From: an uncultured Actinomycetes bacterium
GTDB taxonomy: Bacteria; Actinomycetota; Thermoleophilia; Gaiellales; Gaiellaceae
Reading direction: 5' to 3'
Assembly (NCBI GenBank): GCA_963700495.1
Contig: CAVOXT010000002.1
Location: 72,075-136,074 of the forward strand
Length of the DNA: 64,000 bases
Positions 37,944-46,065 of this stretch are shown here, piece after piece (position 1 is the stretch's first letter; every line of letters begins with the position of its first letter). The notes under the pieces were generated by a model that did no database searches, was not told where the DNA came from, and saw nothing but the letters and a program-made list of their open reading frames with translations. The translations under genes and the position numbers were made by a program.

Positions 37944-38721
37944 GCGTGACGCCTTCGCGACCAGGTCGTTGCGATCACGGGGGCGTTCACGCGGCATCGG
38001 CAAGGCGATCGCGCTCCGACTTGCGCGCGAAGAGCCGCGGCACGTCGTGATCGGCTACGTGTCGAACAACAACGCGGCACGGGCAACGGTCGACGAGCTG
38101 TCGGAGCTCGGCGTCCCGGCGACGACCGTCCGCGTGGACGTCGCGCAGGAGCAGATGCTGCGCGAGATGTTCGACCGCATCCGCAACGAACTCGGCCGAT
38201 TCGACGTGTTCGTCAGCAACGCGGCGCGGACGACGTTCCGCCCCGCGATGGAGCTCAACGTCACGCAACTGGCAGAAGATCATGGACATCAACGCCCGCG
38301 CGTTCCTGCTCGGGTCGCAGCTGGCGGCCGAGCTCATGCGCGAGGGAGGCGGCGGCCGGATCATCGCGATCAGCAGCCTCGGATCACGCTTCGCCGTGCC
38401 CGACTACTCGGGTCTCGGCGCCGCCAAGGCGGTCATCGAGACGCTCGCGCAGGTACCTCGCGGTCGAGCTGGCGCCGTGGGGCATCAACGTGAACGTCGT
38501 CTGCGGCGGCTTCGTCGACACGCCAGCATGCGCCTCGCCGCCGACTATCGCGAGCTCACCGAGCATCTCGTCGCGAAGACGCCTGCCGGCCGGCTCGCGA
38601 CAGCCCGACGACCTCGCCGGGATCGTGGCGTTTCTCTGCTCACCCGACTCGGACTGGATCCGGGGCCAGACGCTGGTCGCCGACGGCGGCTACTCCGTCG
38701 GCCCTCTCACGCCGGACATGA
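37940..38721 (+). pseudogene. SDR-family oxidoreductase (enoyl/ketoacyl reductase-like; at least 4 frame breaks)
   Basis: Pieces are 'VVAITGAFT' + 'GIGKAIALRLA', 'VFVSNAA', 'IIAISSLGS..YSGLGAAKAV' and 'GINVNVVCGGFVDT..LVADGGYS', spread over three frames. Confidence 0.65.
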
Positions 38722-39481
38722 CGATGACGCTCTCGAGATTCGACGGTCGCGTCGGCGCTGGTCACCGGCGGCTCGCGTGGGATCGGCCGCGCGATCGCCG
38801 TCCAGCTCGCACGCGAGGGCGCCGGCGTGGTCGTCGACTACGTGCGCGCCGAGGAGCGAGGCCGAAGCGGTCGTCGAGGAGATCACCTCGTCGGGCGGAG
38901 ACGCCCACGCTGTTCCAGGCGGACGTCGCGACGAGGCCGAGGTGAAGGAGCTCGTGCGCTTCGCGGTCCGACGCTCGGCGGCATCGACGTGCTCGTCGCC
39001 AACGCAGGAACGGTGCAGGATCAGCTCGTGGGGATGATGACGCGTGAAACAGTGGGACACCGTGCTCGACGTCAACCTGCGCGGAGCGTTTCTCTGCATT
39101 CGCGAGGTCCTGCCGTTCCTGATGCGACAAGAAGTCGAGCTCGGTCGTGTGCCTCTCGTCTGTCGCCGCCGTACAAGGCGGGACGGGGCCACGCCAACTA
39201 CGTCGCCGCAAAGGGCGGGCTGAACTCGATGGTGAAGTCGCTGGCCGTGGAGCTGGCGCCGAAGGGCGTCCGGGTGAACGCCGTCTCGCCCGGTGTTATC
39301 GCCACGCACATGTCGGAACGGGTGCCGACGGCTGGCGGGCGACGAGATCCTGGACGGAATACCGCTGCAACGCTACGGCGAGCCGGACGACGTCGCGCAG
39401 GCCGTGTGCTTCCTCGCCTCCGACGACGCGAGCTACGTCACCGGAGAGATTCTTCAAGTCACGGGAGGGTTCGGACTATGA
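38718..39481 (+). pseudogene. fabG: 3-oxoacyl-ACP reductase (about 9 frame breaks in 760 nt)
   Basis: Pieces are 'MTMTLSRFDGRV', 'ALVTGGSRGIGRAIA', 'IDVLVANAG', 'SSVAAVQGGTG', '[17 protein letters not shown]' and '[17 protein letters not shown]'. They alternate between all three frames. Confidence 0.75.
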
Positions 39482-40060
39482 ACAGCACGTCGCAGGCCGA
39501 CGTGGGCCGCCTCGGACGAGGTCGCCCTGAAGGTCCGAACGCTGACCGCAGAGAACCTCGAGCTCGACCTGGAGGACGTGCAGATGGAGTCGTCGTTCTT
39601 CGAGCTCGGTGCCGAGTCGCTCGACCTGCTCGACGTTGCCTTTGCGCTCGAGAGCGAGTACCGGATCTCGTTCCCCCGCACCGACATCCTCGAGCGGGCG
39701 ACCGAGCACTTCGGCGAGGAGGCGCTGGTCAAGGACGGACTCGTCACCGACCTGGGGCTGCAACTCCTGCGCGAGGGAATGCCCGAGTTGGACCCGGACC
39801 TGATCAAGCCCGGGCTGCGCGACACGGATGTCGCCCAGAAGATCACCGTCGGAAGCTTCGCGCGGATCACACAGCGACTGATCGACGCGAAAGCCGACTT
39901 CTCTCGGACTGCCCCGAGTGCGGGAGCCGCCTCGTCGAGTCGGAGATCATGCCCGAGTTCGAGTGCCCCGGCTGCGGCAAGATCGTTCCCGTTCCGAGCG
40001 GCGACGAGTGCTCTGCAGGATCTCATCGACCTGCACCAGCAGACCGTGGGGGCTCAGTGA
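39478..40060 (+). pseudogene. acyl-carrier-protein-like protein with internal insertion and C-terminal zinc ribbon (3 frame breaks)
   Basis: The ATG overlaps the fabG stop (ATGA). 'FFELGAESLDLLDVAFALESEY' (the Ser attachment motif) lies in ORF 39578..40060. 'CPECGSRLVESEIMPEFECPGCGKIVPVPSGDE' lies in the frame of ORF 38827..40506. The end 'ALQDLIDLHQQTVGAQ' returns to the first frame. Confidence 0.6.
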
Positions 40061-40506
40061 GGTTCCTGCTCGTCGACTCGATCTTGGAGCTCGAGACCGG
40101 TGCACGCGCCGTCGGGGTCAAGAACATCTCGATGAGCGAGGACTTCCTGGCCGACCACTTTCCCGACCGGCCGATCATGCCGGGCATGCTCATCCTCGAG
40201 TCGCTCGTCCAGCTCGCGGACTGGGTCGTTCGCGATGCGAGCAACTTCGACAAGATCGGCGTGGCCGCGGGTTTCGACCGGATCAAGTTCCGCCGCGTCG
40301 CGCGCCCCGGCGACCAGCTCCGGCTGGAGGTCGGCTTGAGCTCGTCGGATGACGGAACGCACGAGTTCCGAGGCAAGGCGTACAGCGGTGACGAGCTTGC
40401 CGCCTCGGCGAACATCACCATGATCGAGGCTCCGCTCGAGGACTATCTCGACGCCGATGCGGCGCGTGCTTCCCTTGCGATCCTGCGGCGGGACGGCGTC
40501 CCGTGA
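40057..40506 (+). CDS. FabZ/FabA-like hotdog 3-hydroxyacyl-ACP dehydratase
   Basis: The GTG at 40057 overlaps the upstream stop (GTGA). 'EDFLADHFPDRPIMPGMLILESLVQ' carries the catalytic His motif. Confidence 0.8.
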   Translation: MRFLLVDSILELETGARAVGVKNISMSEDFLADHFPDRPIMPGMLILESLVQLADWVVRDASNFDKIGVAAGFDRIKFRRVARPGDQLRLEVGLSSSDDGTHEFRGKAYSGDELAASANITMIEAPLEDYLDADAARASLAILRRDGVP

Positions 40507-41805
40507 GCACGGCCCCCCGCCGTGTCGTCATCACCGGCATGGGCGCTCTCACCTCGCTCGGTACCGACGTGGAGTCGAGTTGGGAGGCAGTGCTGGCGGG
40601 CCGGTCGGGCGTGCGCCAGATCAAGCAGTTCGAGAGCGACGAGTTCCCGGTGAACATCGGCGAGCGAGGTCGACGTCGACGAGCTGGAGGTCGACGGGTT
40701 CGACGAGTCGCTGCGGCCGTTCGTCACGCGCTCGGTGAAGCTGGGCGCGTGGGCCATGACCGAGGCGTGGGAGCAGGCGGGGCTCGAAGGGGGCAGCTAC
40801 GACCCCTGGCGGACGGGGCTCATCGTCGGCGCCTCCAACTTCCCCGTCATCGAGGAGTCCGAGTACAGCTGGCCGACCGAGGCACTCAACGTCGAGCGCT
40901 ACAAGGACCAGTACCTGGCCATCTGCGAGGACATGCCCCAGCTGCTGGCCCAGCGCGAGATCGGGATGGTCTCCGCCCTGCTTGCCGCCCCGTACCCGAT
41001 CAAAGGGCCGTGCATGACGGTGCAGTCCGCCTGCGCGTCGGCGACCCAGGCGATCGGCGAGGCCCTCCAGATGATCCGGCACGGCCAGGCGGACCTGATG
41101 GTGGCCGGAGGCGCGGACAGCATGCTCTCGGCCGTCTGCGTGACCGGCTTCACGCTGTTGACGGTCGCTTCGACCTATCGCGGCGACCCGGGCAAGGCCT
41201 GCCGGCCGTTCGACCGCAAGCGTGACGGCCTCGTCCTGGGCGAAGGTGCGGGGATCGTCATCCTCGAGAGCCTGGAAGCCGCACAGGACCGCGGCGCACC
41301 GATCCTCGCCGAGGTCGTCGGCTACGGCTCGTCGGCGGACGGGTACCGCTTCACGGACAGCCATCCGGAAGCGCGCGGCGCAGTGCAGTGCATGCGCGCG
41401 GCGCTCGCCGACGCCGACCTCCAGCCGGAAGACATCGACTACATCAACGCTCACGGGACCGGCACGCCGCAGAACGACCGCACCGAGACGTTCGCGATCA
41501 AGCAGGTGTTCCGGGACCACGCCTACGCGATTCCCGTGAGCTCCACGAAGTCCCAGCTCGGACATCTGCTGTGCGCCTCGGGCGGAGTCGAGCTCGTGAT
41601 CACGGTCGAGGCTCTGCGAAAGGGAATCGTCCCCCCGACGATCAACCTCGAGAACCCCGACCCGGACTGCGATCTCGACTACGTGCCGCACACGCCTCGC
41701 GAAGCGGACCTCGAGCTCGGGCTCTCGAACTCGTTCGGGTTTGGCGGCCAGAACGGCACGCTCATCGTCCGCCGCTCGGACGCCGCCACGGGAGCGGCCG
41801 GGTAA
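40503..41805 (+). pseudogene. beta-ketoacyl-ACP synthase (FabF/KS-alpha type; one frame break near 40665)
   Basis: 'RVVITGMGALTSLG' lies in ORF 40503..41225. The rest lies in ORF 40735..41805: the active-site Cys 'TVQSACASATQAIG', 'INAHGTGTPQND' and 'KSQLGHLLCASG'. Confidence 0.9.
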
Positions 41806-42269
41806 TGCGCTTCCTGCTCTTCGATCGCATCACCGAGGCCGAGCGCGGAAAGCGGATCCAGGGCGTCAAGCTGGTGAGCCTCACGGACGGCGCGCTCGCC
41901 GACCACTACCCGCGCCGAGCGGTGCTGCCGCCGACGTTGGTCGTCGAGGCCATGGCGCAGCTCGGTGGAATGCTCCACGTCCTCAACCACGACTTCTCGG
42001 TCGAGATGCTGTTGGTGCTCGTCGACCGCGTGAAGCTGGCTCGCCCGGTGCTTCACGGCGAGACGATCACGATCGAGGTCTGGTCGGAGTACGACCACCC
42101 GTACGGCGCGACCATGAACGGCGAGGCACGAGTCGACGGAGACGTGGTTGCGACCGCCGGCCGCATCGTCTACGCGCACGAGATCATCACCGACCCGAAG
42201 CGGATCCAGAAGGCACGGGATCGCTTCGCCTACCAGGGCGGCTCGCCCGCCGAGGTGTGGGTCGCGTGA
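41805..42269 (+). CDS. second hotdog-fold dehydratase-like protein
   Basis: The ATG at 41805 (TAATG overlap) lies inside ORF 41388..42269. The sequence 'MRFLLFDRITE..ALADHYPRRAVLPPTLVVEAMAQ' parallels the first dehydratase. Confidence 0.7.
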   Translation: MRFLLFDRITEAERGKRIQGVKLVSLTDGALADHYPRRAVLPPTLVVEAMAQLGGMLHVLNHDFSVEMLLVLVDRVKLARPVLHGETITIEVWSEYDHPYGATMNGEARVDGDVVATAGRIVYAHEIITDPKRIQKARDRFAYQGGSPAEVWVA

Positions 42270-43543
42270 GCGTCGCGGTCGTGACGGGAGTGGGTGTCGT
42301 GTCGCCGCTGGCGACGAGCGCGGCCGAGCATTTCGATGCCTGGATCGAGGGACGGTCCGCCGTCGCGGAGTCCGCCGAGCCCGAGTTCGAGAAGTACGCG
42401 CCCCAGCTCGAGGCCCGGGTCACCGGCTTCGACCGGAAAGAGGCGATCTCCAGCCGCATGCTCAGGAAGCTGCTGGCGCCGAGCGCGGGCTTCGCGGTCG
42501 GCGCCGCCGGAGAGGCGATCGCCGACGCCGGGCTCTCCGGCGAGCCCGAGGTGCTCGCGGACTGCGGGCTCTACATCGGATCGCTCTCGCTGGAGATCGA
42601 CCCCGACGTCTTCATCGCACCGCTGCGGGCGTCGCTCACGAGGGAGGGCGAGTTCGACCTGTCGCTGTTCGCCCAGCGGGGGATGAAGCTGCTCGATCCG
42701 CTGTTCCTCGTCCGCGCGCTGCCGAACGCCGGCCTCTGCGGAGTGTCTCTCGAGCATCAGGTGCTCGGACCGAACACGAACCTCACGAACGGCCCGACCT
42801 CGGGACTCGCGGCCGTCGCGCTGGCGGTGGCAGCGGTCGAGCGCGGCGAGATCCGCTGCGCGATCGCCGGCGGCTACGACTCGCTGCTCGTGATGGACGC
42901 CCTCGCCGAGCATCTGATCGCCGGACGCCTGGCCCGGAACGGCGGTGCGCCCGAACGGGCATGCCGCCCCTTCGACCGCACCCGCGAGGGATACGCGCTC
43001 GGGGAAGGCGCCGCCTTCGTCGTCGTGGAGTCGGTCGAACACGCCCGGGAGCGCGGGGCGAACTCCTACGGCCGAATCCTCGGCTACTCGAGCACCACCG
43101 ACCCGGGTCTCCTCGGCCCTTCGAGCCCCTTGGACGGCACTGCGCTCGAGCAGGCTGCCCGCCTGGCCCTCGAACGCGCGGGGACGGCCCCCGCGGAGCT
43201 CGGCGCCATCTTCGGCGACGGTCTTGCAACCGAGCTGGACGACATCCGGGAGAGCGACGCCGTCGGCCGCGTGCTCGACGGGGCCAAGGTGCCCTTCACC
43301 GCGCCGACGAGCGCGATCGGCTACACCGGCGCCGCCAGCGGGGTGTTCTCGCTGCTCCATGCCCTGGTCGCGGTCCGCCGAGGAGTGGCCCCGCCGCTCG
43401 CGAACTGCGACGAGCTCGACCCTCGCTGCCCGGTCCACCACCACTCCACTCCTGCGCCGCTCTCTCCGGAGACGGTCCTCGTGTGGAACAGCGAGCGCGG
43501 CGTCAAGAACGTCGCGATGGTCGCCGGCCCCGACGCCCCCTGA
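42266..43543 (+). CDS. KS-like partner lacking the catalytic triad (chain-length-factor-like)
   Basis: The GTG at 42266 (GTGA overlap) lies inside ORF 41741..43543. It has a thiolase fold, but 'NLTNGPTSGLAA' replaces the A-C-A-S-G Cys site and 'FGDGLATELDD' replaces 'HGTGT'. Confidence 0.8.
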   Translation: MSVAVVTGVGVVSPLATSAAEHFDAWIEGRSAVAESAEPEFEKYAPQLEARVTGFDRKEAISSRMLRKLLAPSAGFAVGAAGEAIADAGLSGEPEVLADCGLYIGSLSLEIDPDVFIAPLRASLTREGEFDLSLFAQRGMKLLDPLFLVRALPNAGLCGVSLEHQVLGPNTNLTNGPTSGLAAVALAVAAVERGEIRCAIAGGYDSLLVMDALAEHLIAGRLARNGGAPERACRPFDRTREGYALGEGAAFVVVESVEHARERGANSYGRILGYSSTTDPGLLGPSSPLDGTALEQAARLALERAGTAPAELGAIFGDGLATELDDIRESDAVGRVLDGAKVPFTAPTSAIGYTGAASGVFSLLHALVAVRRGVAPPLANCDELDPRCPVHHHSTPAPLSPETVLVWNSERGVKNVAMVAGPDAP

Positions 43544-43553
43544 GAGCCGGAAG

Positions 43554-44393
43554 GTGTACGTCCTCGCCGCTCTGCTCATCCCGGTCGCGGTGGCAACCGC
43601 GCTCCTCACGAGGCTGTTCCTGCGCCAGGACCGCCTGATCTTCCGGCCCGGACCGGTGCTCGACCGCAGCCCGGCGAGCATCGGGATCCCCCACGAAGAG
43701 CTGCGGCTGGCGGCCGACGACGGAACGAGCGTGACCGCCTGGTGGGTCGCCGGAGCCGCGGAGGCACCGGTCGTCCTCTACTTCCACGGCAGCGAGGGCA
43801 ACCTCACCCACGAGCTGCCGGTCGTGCACTTCCTCAACTCGCTCGGTGTCAACGCGCTGCTCGTCGAGTACGTCGGCTACGGCTCGGACGAGTTGCGGCC
43901 GAACGAAGCCGGCTGCTACCGGACCGCCGACGCGGCCTGGAGGTACCTGACGCAGGATCGGGGTTTCGCCGAGGACCAGGTGATCCTGTTCGGGCACTCG
44001 CTCGGGGCCGCCGTGGCGGCACGCAGCGCCGCAGGGCGTGGCTGCGCAGGGCTCGTTCTTCAGAGCGGCTTCACCTCGGTGAAGGATCTCGCTGCGCGCG
44101 CCTACCCGTACCTGCCGGTCCGGCCGTTCCTGCGGACCCGCATGGACGTGCTCGAGCCGGTCCGGCGCAGCCGGTGCGCGGTGCTCGTCATCCACTCGCG
44201 AGACGACGAGCACATTCCCTACGAGCAGGGCCGGCGCCTGTTCGACGAAGCCCGCGCGACGAAGAAGCTCGTCACGCTCCGGGGGTCGCACTTCGGCCTG
44301 ACCTGGCACCGCTCACCCGAGATCAGGGCCGCGTGGCGCGAGCTGCTCGCACGGGACTTCAGCACCTGGGCGGCGCAGGCAGAGAGCAGCTGA
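43554..44393 (+). CDS. alpha/beta hydrolase (ABHD/BEM46-like) with N-terminal TM helix
   Basis: The GTG at 43554 follows a GGAAGG Shine-Dalgarno sequence. Motifs are 'VVLYFHGSEGN', 'LFGHSLGAAVA' and 'VIHSRDDEHIP'. Confidence 0.8.
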   Translation: MYVLAALLIPVAVATALLTRLFLRQDRLIFRPGPVLDRSPASIGIPHEELRLAADDGTSVTAWWVAGAAEAPVVLYFHGSEGNLTHELPVVHFLNSLGVNALLVEYVGYGSDELRPNEAGCYRTADAAWRYLTQDRGFAEDQVILFGHSLGAAVAARSAAGRGCAGLVLQSGFTSVKDLAARAYPYLPVRPFLRTRMDVLEPVRRSRCAVLVIHSRDDEHIPYEQGRRLFDEARATKKLVTLRGSHFGLTWHRSPEIRAAWRELLARDFSTWAAQAESS

Positions 44394-45016
44394 TGCGGGA
44401 CGAGGTCCGCCGGATCGCGCTCGGGACCAAGGGCTTCCTCACCGAGCCCGAGGGATTGCGCCTGTACGAGCTGGCACGCAGCAGCTCGGGCGACGGACCG
44501 TGTCTCGAGATCGGCTCCTACTGCGGCAAGTCGGGACTGTTCCTCGGGGAAGGGTGCCGGGAGACCGGCCGGCATCCGCTGTTCACCGTTGACCACCACC
44601 GCGGCTCCGAGGAGCACCAGCCGGGAGAGGCGTACCACGACGCCGAGCTCTACGACGACGGCGAGCAGGCGATGACGACGCTGCCTGAGCTGGTCCGGAA
44701 CATCCGGACGGCCGGGTTGGAGAGCTGGGTTATCCCGCTCGTCGCCGAGTCGGAGATCCTCGGCCGGTATTGGCCCGAGCACAGTCTCAGCCTCCTGTTC
44801 CTCGACGGCGGGCATTCGGAGTCGGACGCCTTCGGCGACTACCGGACCTGGCACCGCTGTCTCCGGCCGGGCGGGTACCTGTGCATCCACGACGTCTTCC
44901 CCGACGCGACCGACGGCGGTCAGGCTCCGTACGGCGTCCTCTGCGAGGCGAGGTCGGACGACTCCTGGCAGTACGAGGGGATGGTCGAGACCCTCGCCGT
45001 CCTGAAGCGGCTGTGA
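44393..45016 (+). CDS. class I SAM-dependent (O-)methyltransferase
   Basis: The ATG at 44393 (TGATG overlap) lies inside ORF 43742..45016. Motifs are 'CLEIGSYCGKS', 'LLFLDGGHS' and 'LRPGGYLCIHDV'. Confidence 0.75.
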   Translation: MRDEVRRIALGTKGFLTEPEGLRLYELARSSSGDGPCLEIGSYCGKSGLFLGEGCRETGRHPLFTVDHHRGSEEHQPGEAYHDAELYDDGEQAMTTLPELVRNIRTAGLESWVIPLVAESEILGRYWPEHSLSLLFLDGGHSESDAFGDYRTWHRCLRPGGYLCIHDVFPDATDGGQAPYGVLCEARSDDSWQYEGMVETLAVLKRL

Positions 45017-46065
45017 GCACTGCGATCCGCTCCTCGCGCCACCTTGGAAAGTTCCCGCGTGCTCGAACGGACACGTGGGTGATGGTCGGCCAGGACGGCG
45101 GCCAGTCGATCGACCTCGGCGATCAGGCCCTCGTCGTCTTCTCCGACACGCTGCTGCTGCCGACCGACGCTTCCGACCAGGTGTCCGACCGGCACAAGAC
45201 CGCGCCCCCCTATGCGGACGACGTCGCGGAGCGCGGCGTGTTCCTGGCGAACTGCGCCGCGCTCGTCGACGGGGCCGATCTGCGTGAGGGCCTCCGCCGC
45301 CTCAGGTTCTTCACGGACGACGACGAGTTCCCCGTCGAGATCCTCGCGCCGACCGAGGACGAGACAGCGGCCGGCCTGCGCTTCTGGCCGGCTCACGGCG
45401 TGGCGTCCGGCGGCGGGGTCTACCTCTACTACCTCGGCATCGAGACGCTCACGCCGCGCGACGTGTGGGACTTCCGCAACGTCGGCGTGGGACTGGCCCG
45501 ACTCGACCCGGAAACGGGCCGCTGCGAACGGATCCGTGTCGACGGCGACTGGTGCCTGTGGCGGCCGCGGTCCGACGACTTTCACTTCGGCGTACAGGCG
45601 GTCCGGCACGACGGTCAGGCGTACGTCTTCGGGAGCACGCGCCACGGGCTGGACGTCTCGGCGCTGCTCGGCCGTGTGCCGCTCGAGGAGATCGCCGACC
45701 CGGGTGCGTACGAGTTCTACGACCCGGGACGCGACGCGTGGCTCGCCGACTCCGGTCTGGCCGGAAGTCTCGGCCCGTGCGGCAGTGACTTCTCAGTCTC
45801 GTTCAACGCGTACCTCGGCCGGTGGCTGATGGTGTACGTCGACGCGTTCAGCAAGCAGCTCGCGCTCAGGCTCGCCGATCGGATCGAGGGGCCCTACTCC
45901 GAGCCGGAGATCGTCGGGCGGTTGCCTCATGCACCCGCGAGCGACCTGGTCTATCTCGGGTTCGAGCATCCGAAGTTCGCGCGCGACGACGGCCGCCGCG
46001 TTCTGGTCTCCTACTGCGAGCCCCGCTTCGAGATGTGCTCGCTCCTCGAGGTCTCGTTCCAATGA
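45013..46065 (+). CDS. DUF4185-like protein (beta-propeller glycoside-hydrolase-like)
   Basis: The GTG at 45013 overlaps the upstream stop (GTGA). 'GQSIDLGDQALVVFSDTLL', 'FWPAHGV' and 'VYLYYLG' resemble DUF4185 as I recall it. Confidence 0.5.
   Translation: MSTAIRSSRHLGKFPRARTDTWVMVGQDGGQSIDLGDQALVVFSDTLLLPTDASDQVSDRHKTAPPYADDVAERGVFLANCAALVDGADLREGLRRLRFFTDDDEFPVEILAPTEDETAAGLRFWPAHGVASGGGVYLYYLGIETLTPRDVWDFRNVGVGLARLDPETGRCERIRVDGDWCLWRPRSDDFHFGVQAVRHDGQAYVFGSTRHGLDVSALLGRVPLEEIADPGAYEFYDPGRDAWLADSGLAGSLGPCGSDFSVSFNAYLGRWLMVYVDAFSKQLALRLADRIEGPYSEPEIVGRLPHAPASDLVYLGFEHPKFARDDGRRVLVSYCEPRFEMCSLLEVSFQ

Noticed and set aside
36028-38493. 821-aa ORF that could be read as a large multidomain protein.
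   Set aside because: It is a chimera. It reads off-frame through the methyltransferase, then in-frame through the GT4 N-terminus, off-frame again, then in-frame through part of the SDR. It exists only because frame breaks remove stops.
38827-40506. 559-aa ORF spanning fabG, carrier and dehydratase.
   Set aside because: It is also a chimera. Only scattered fabG segments, the zinc-ribbon segment and the final 149 codons (the FabZ-like gene from GTG 40057) are meaningful in this frame.
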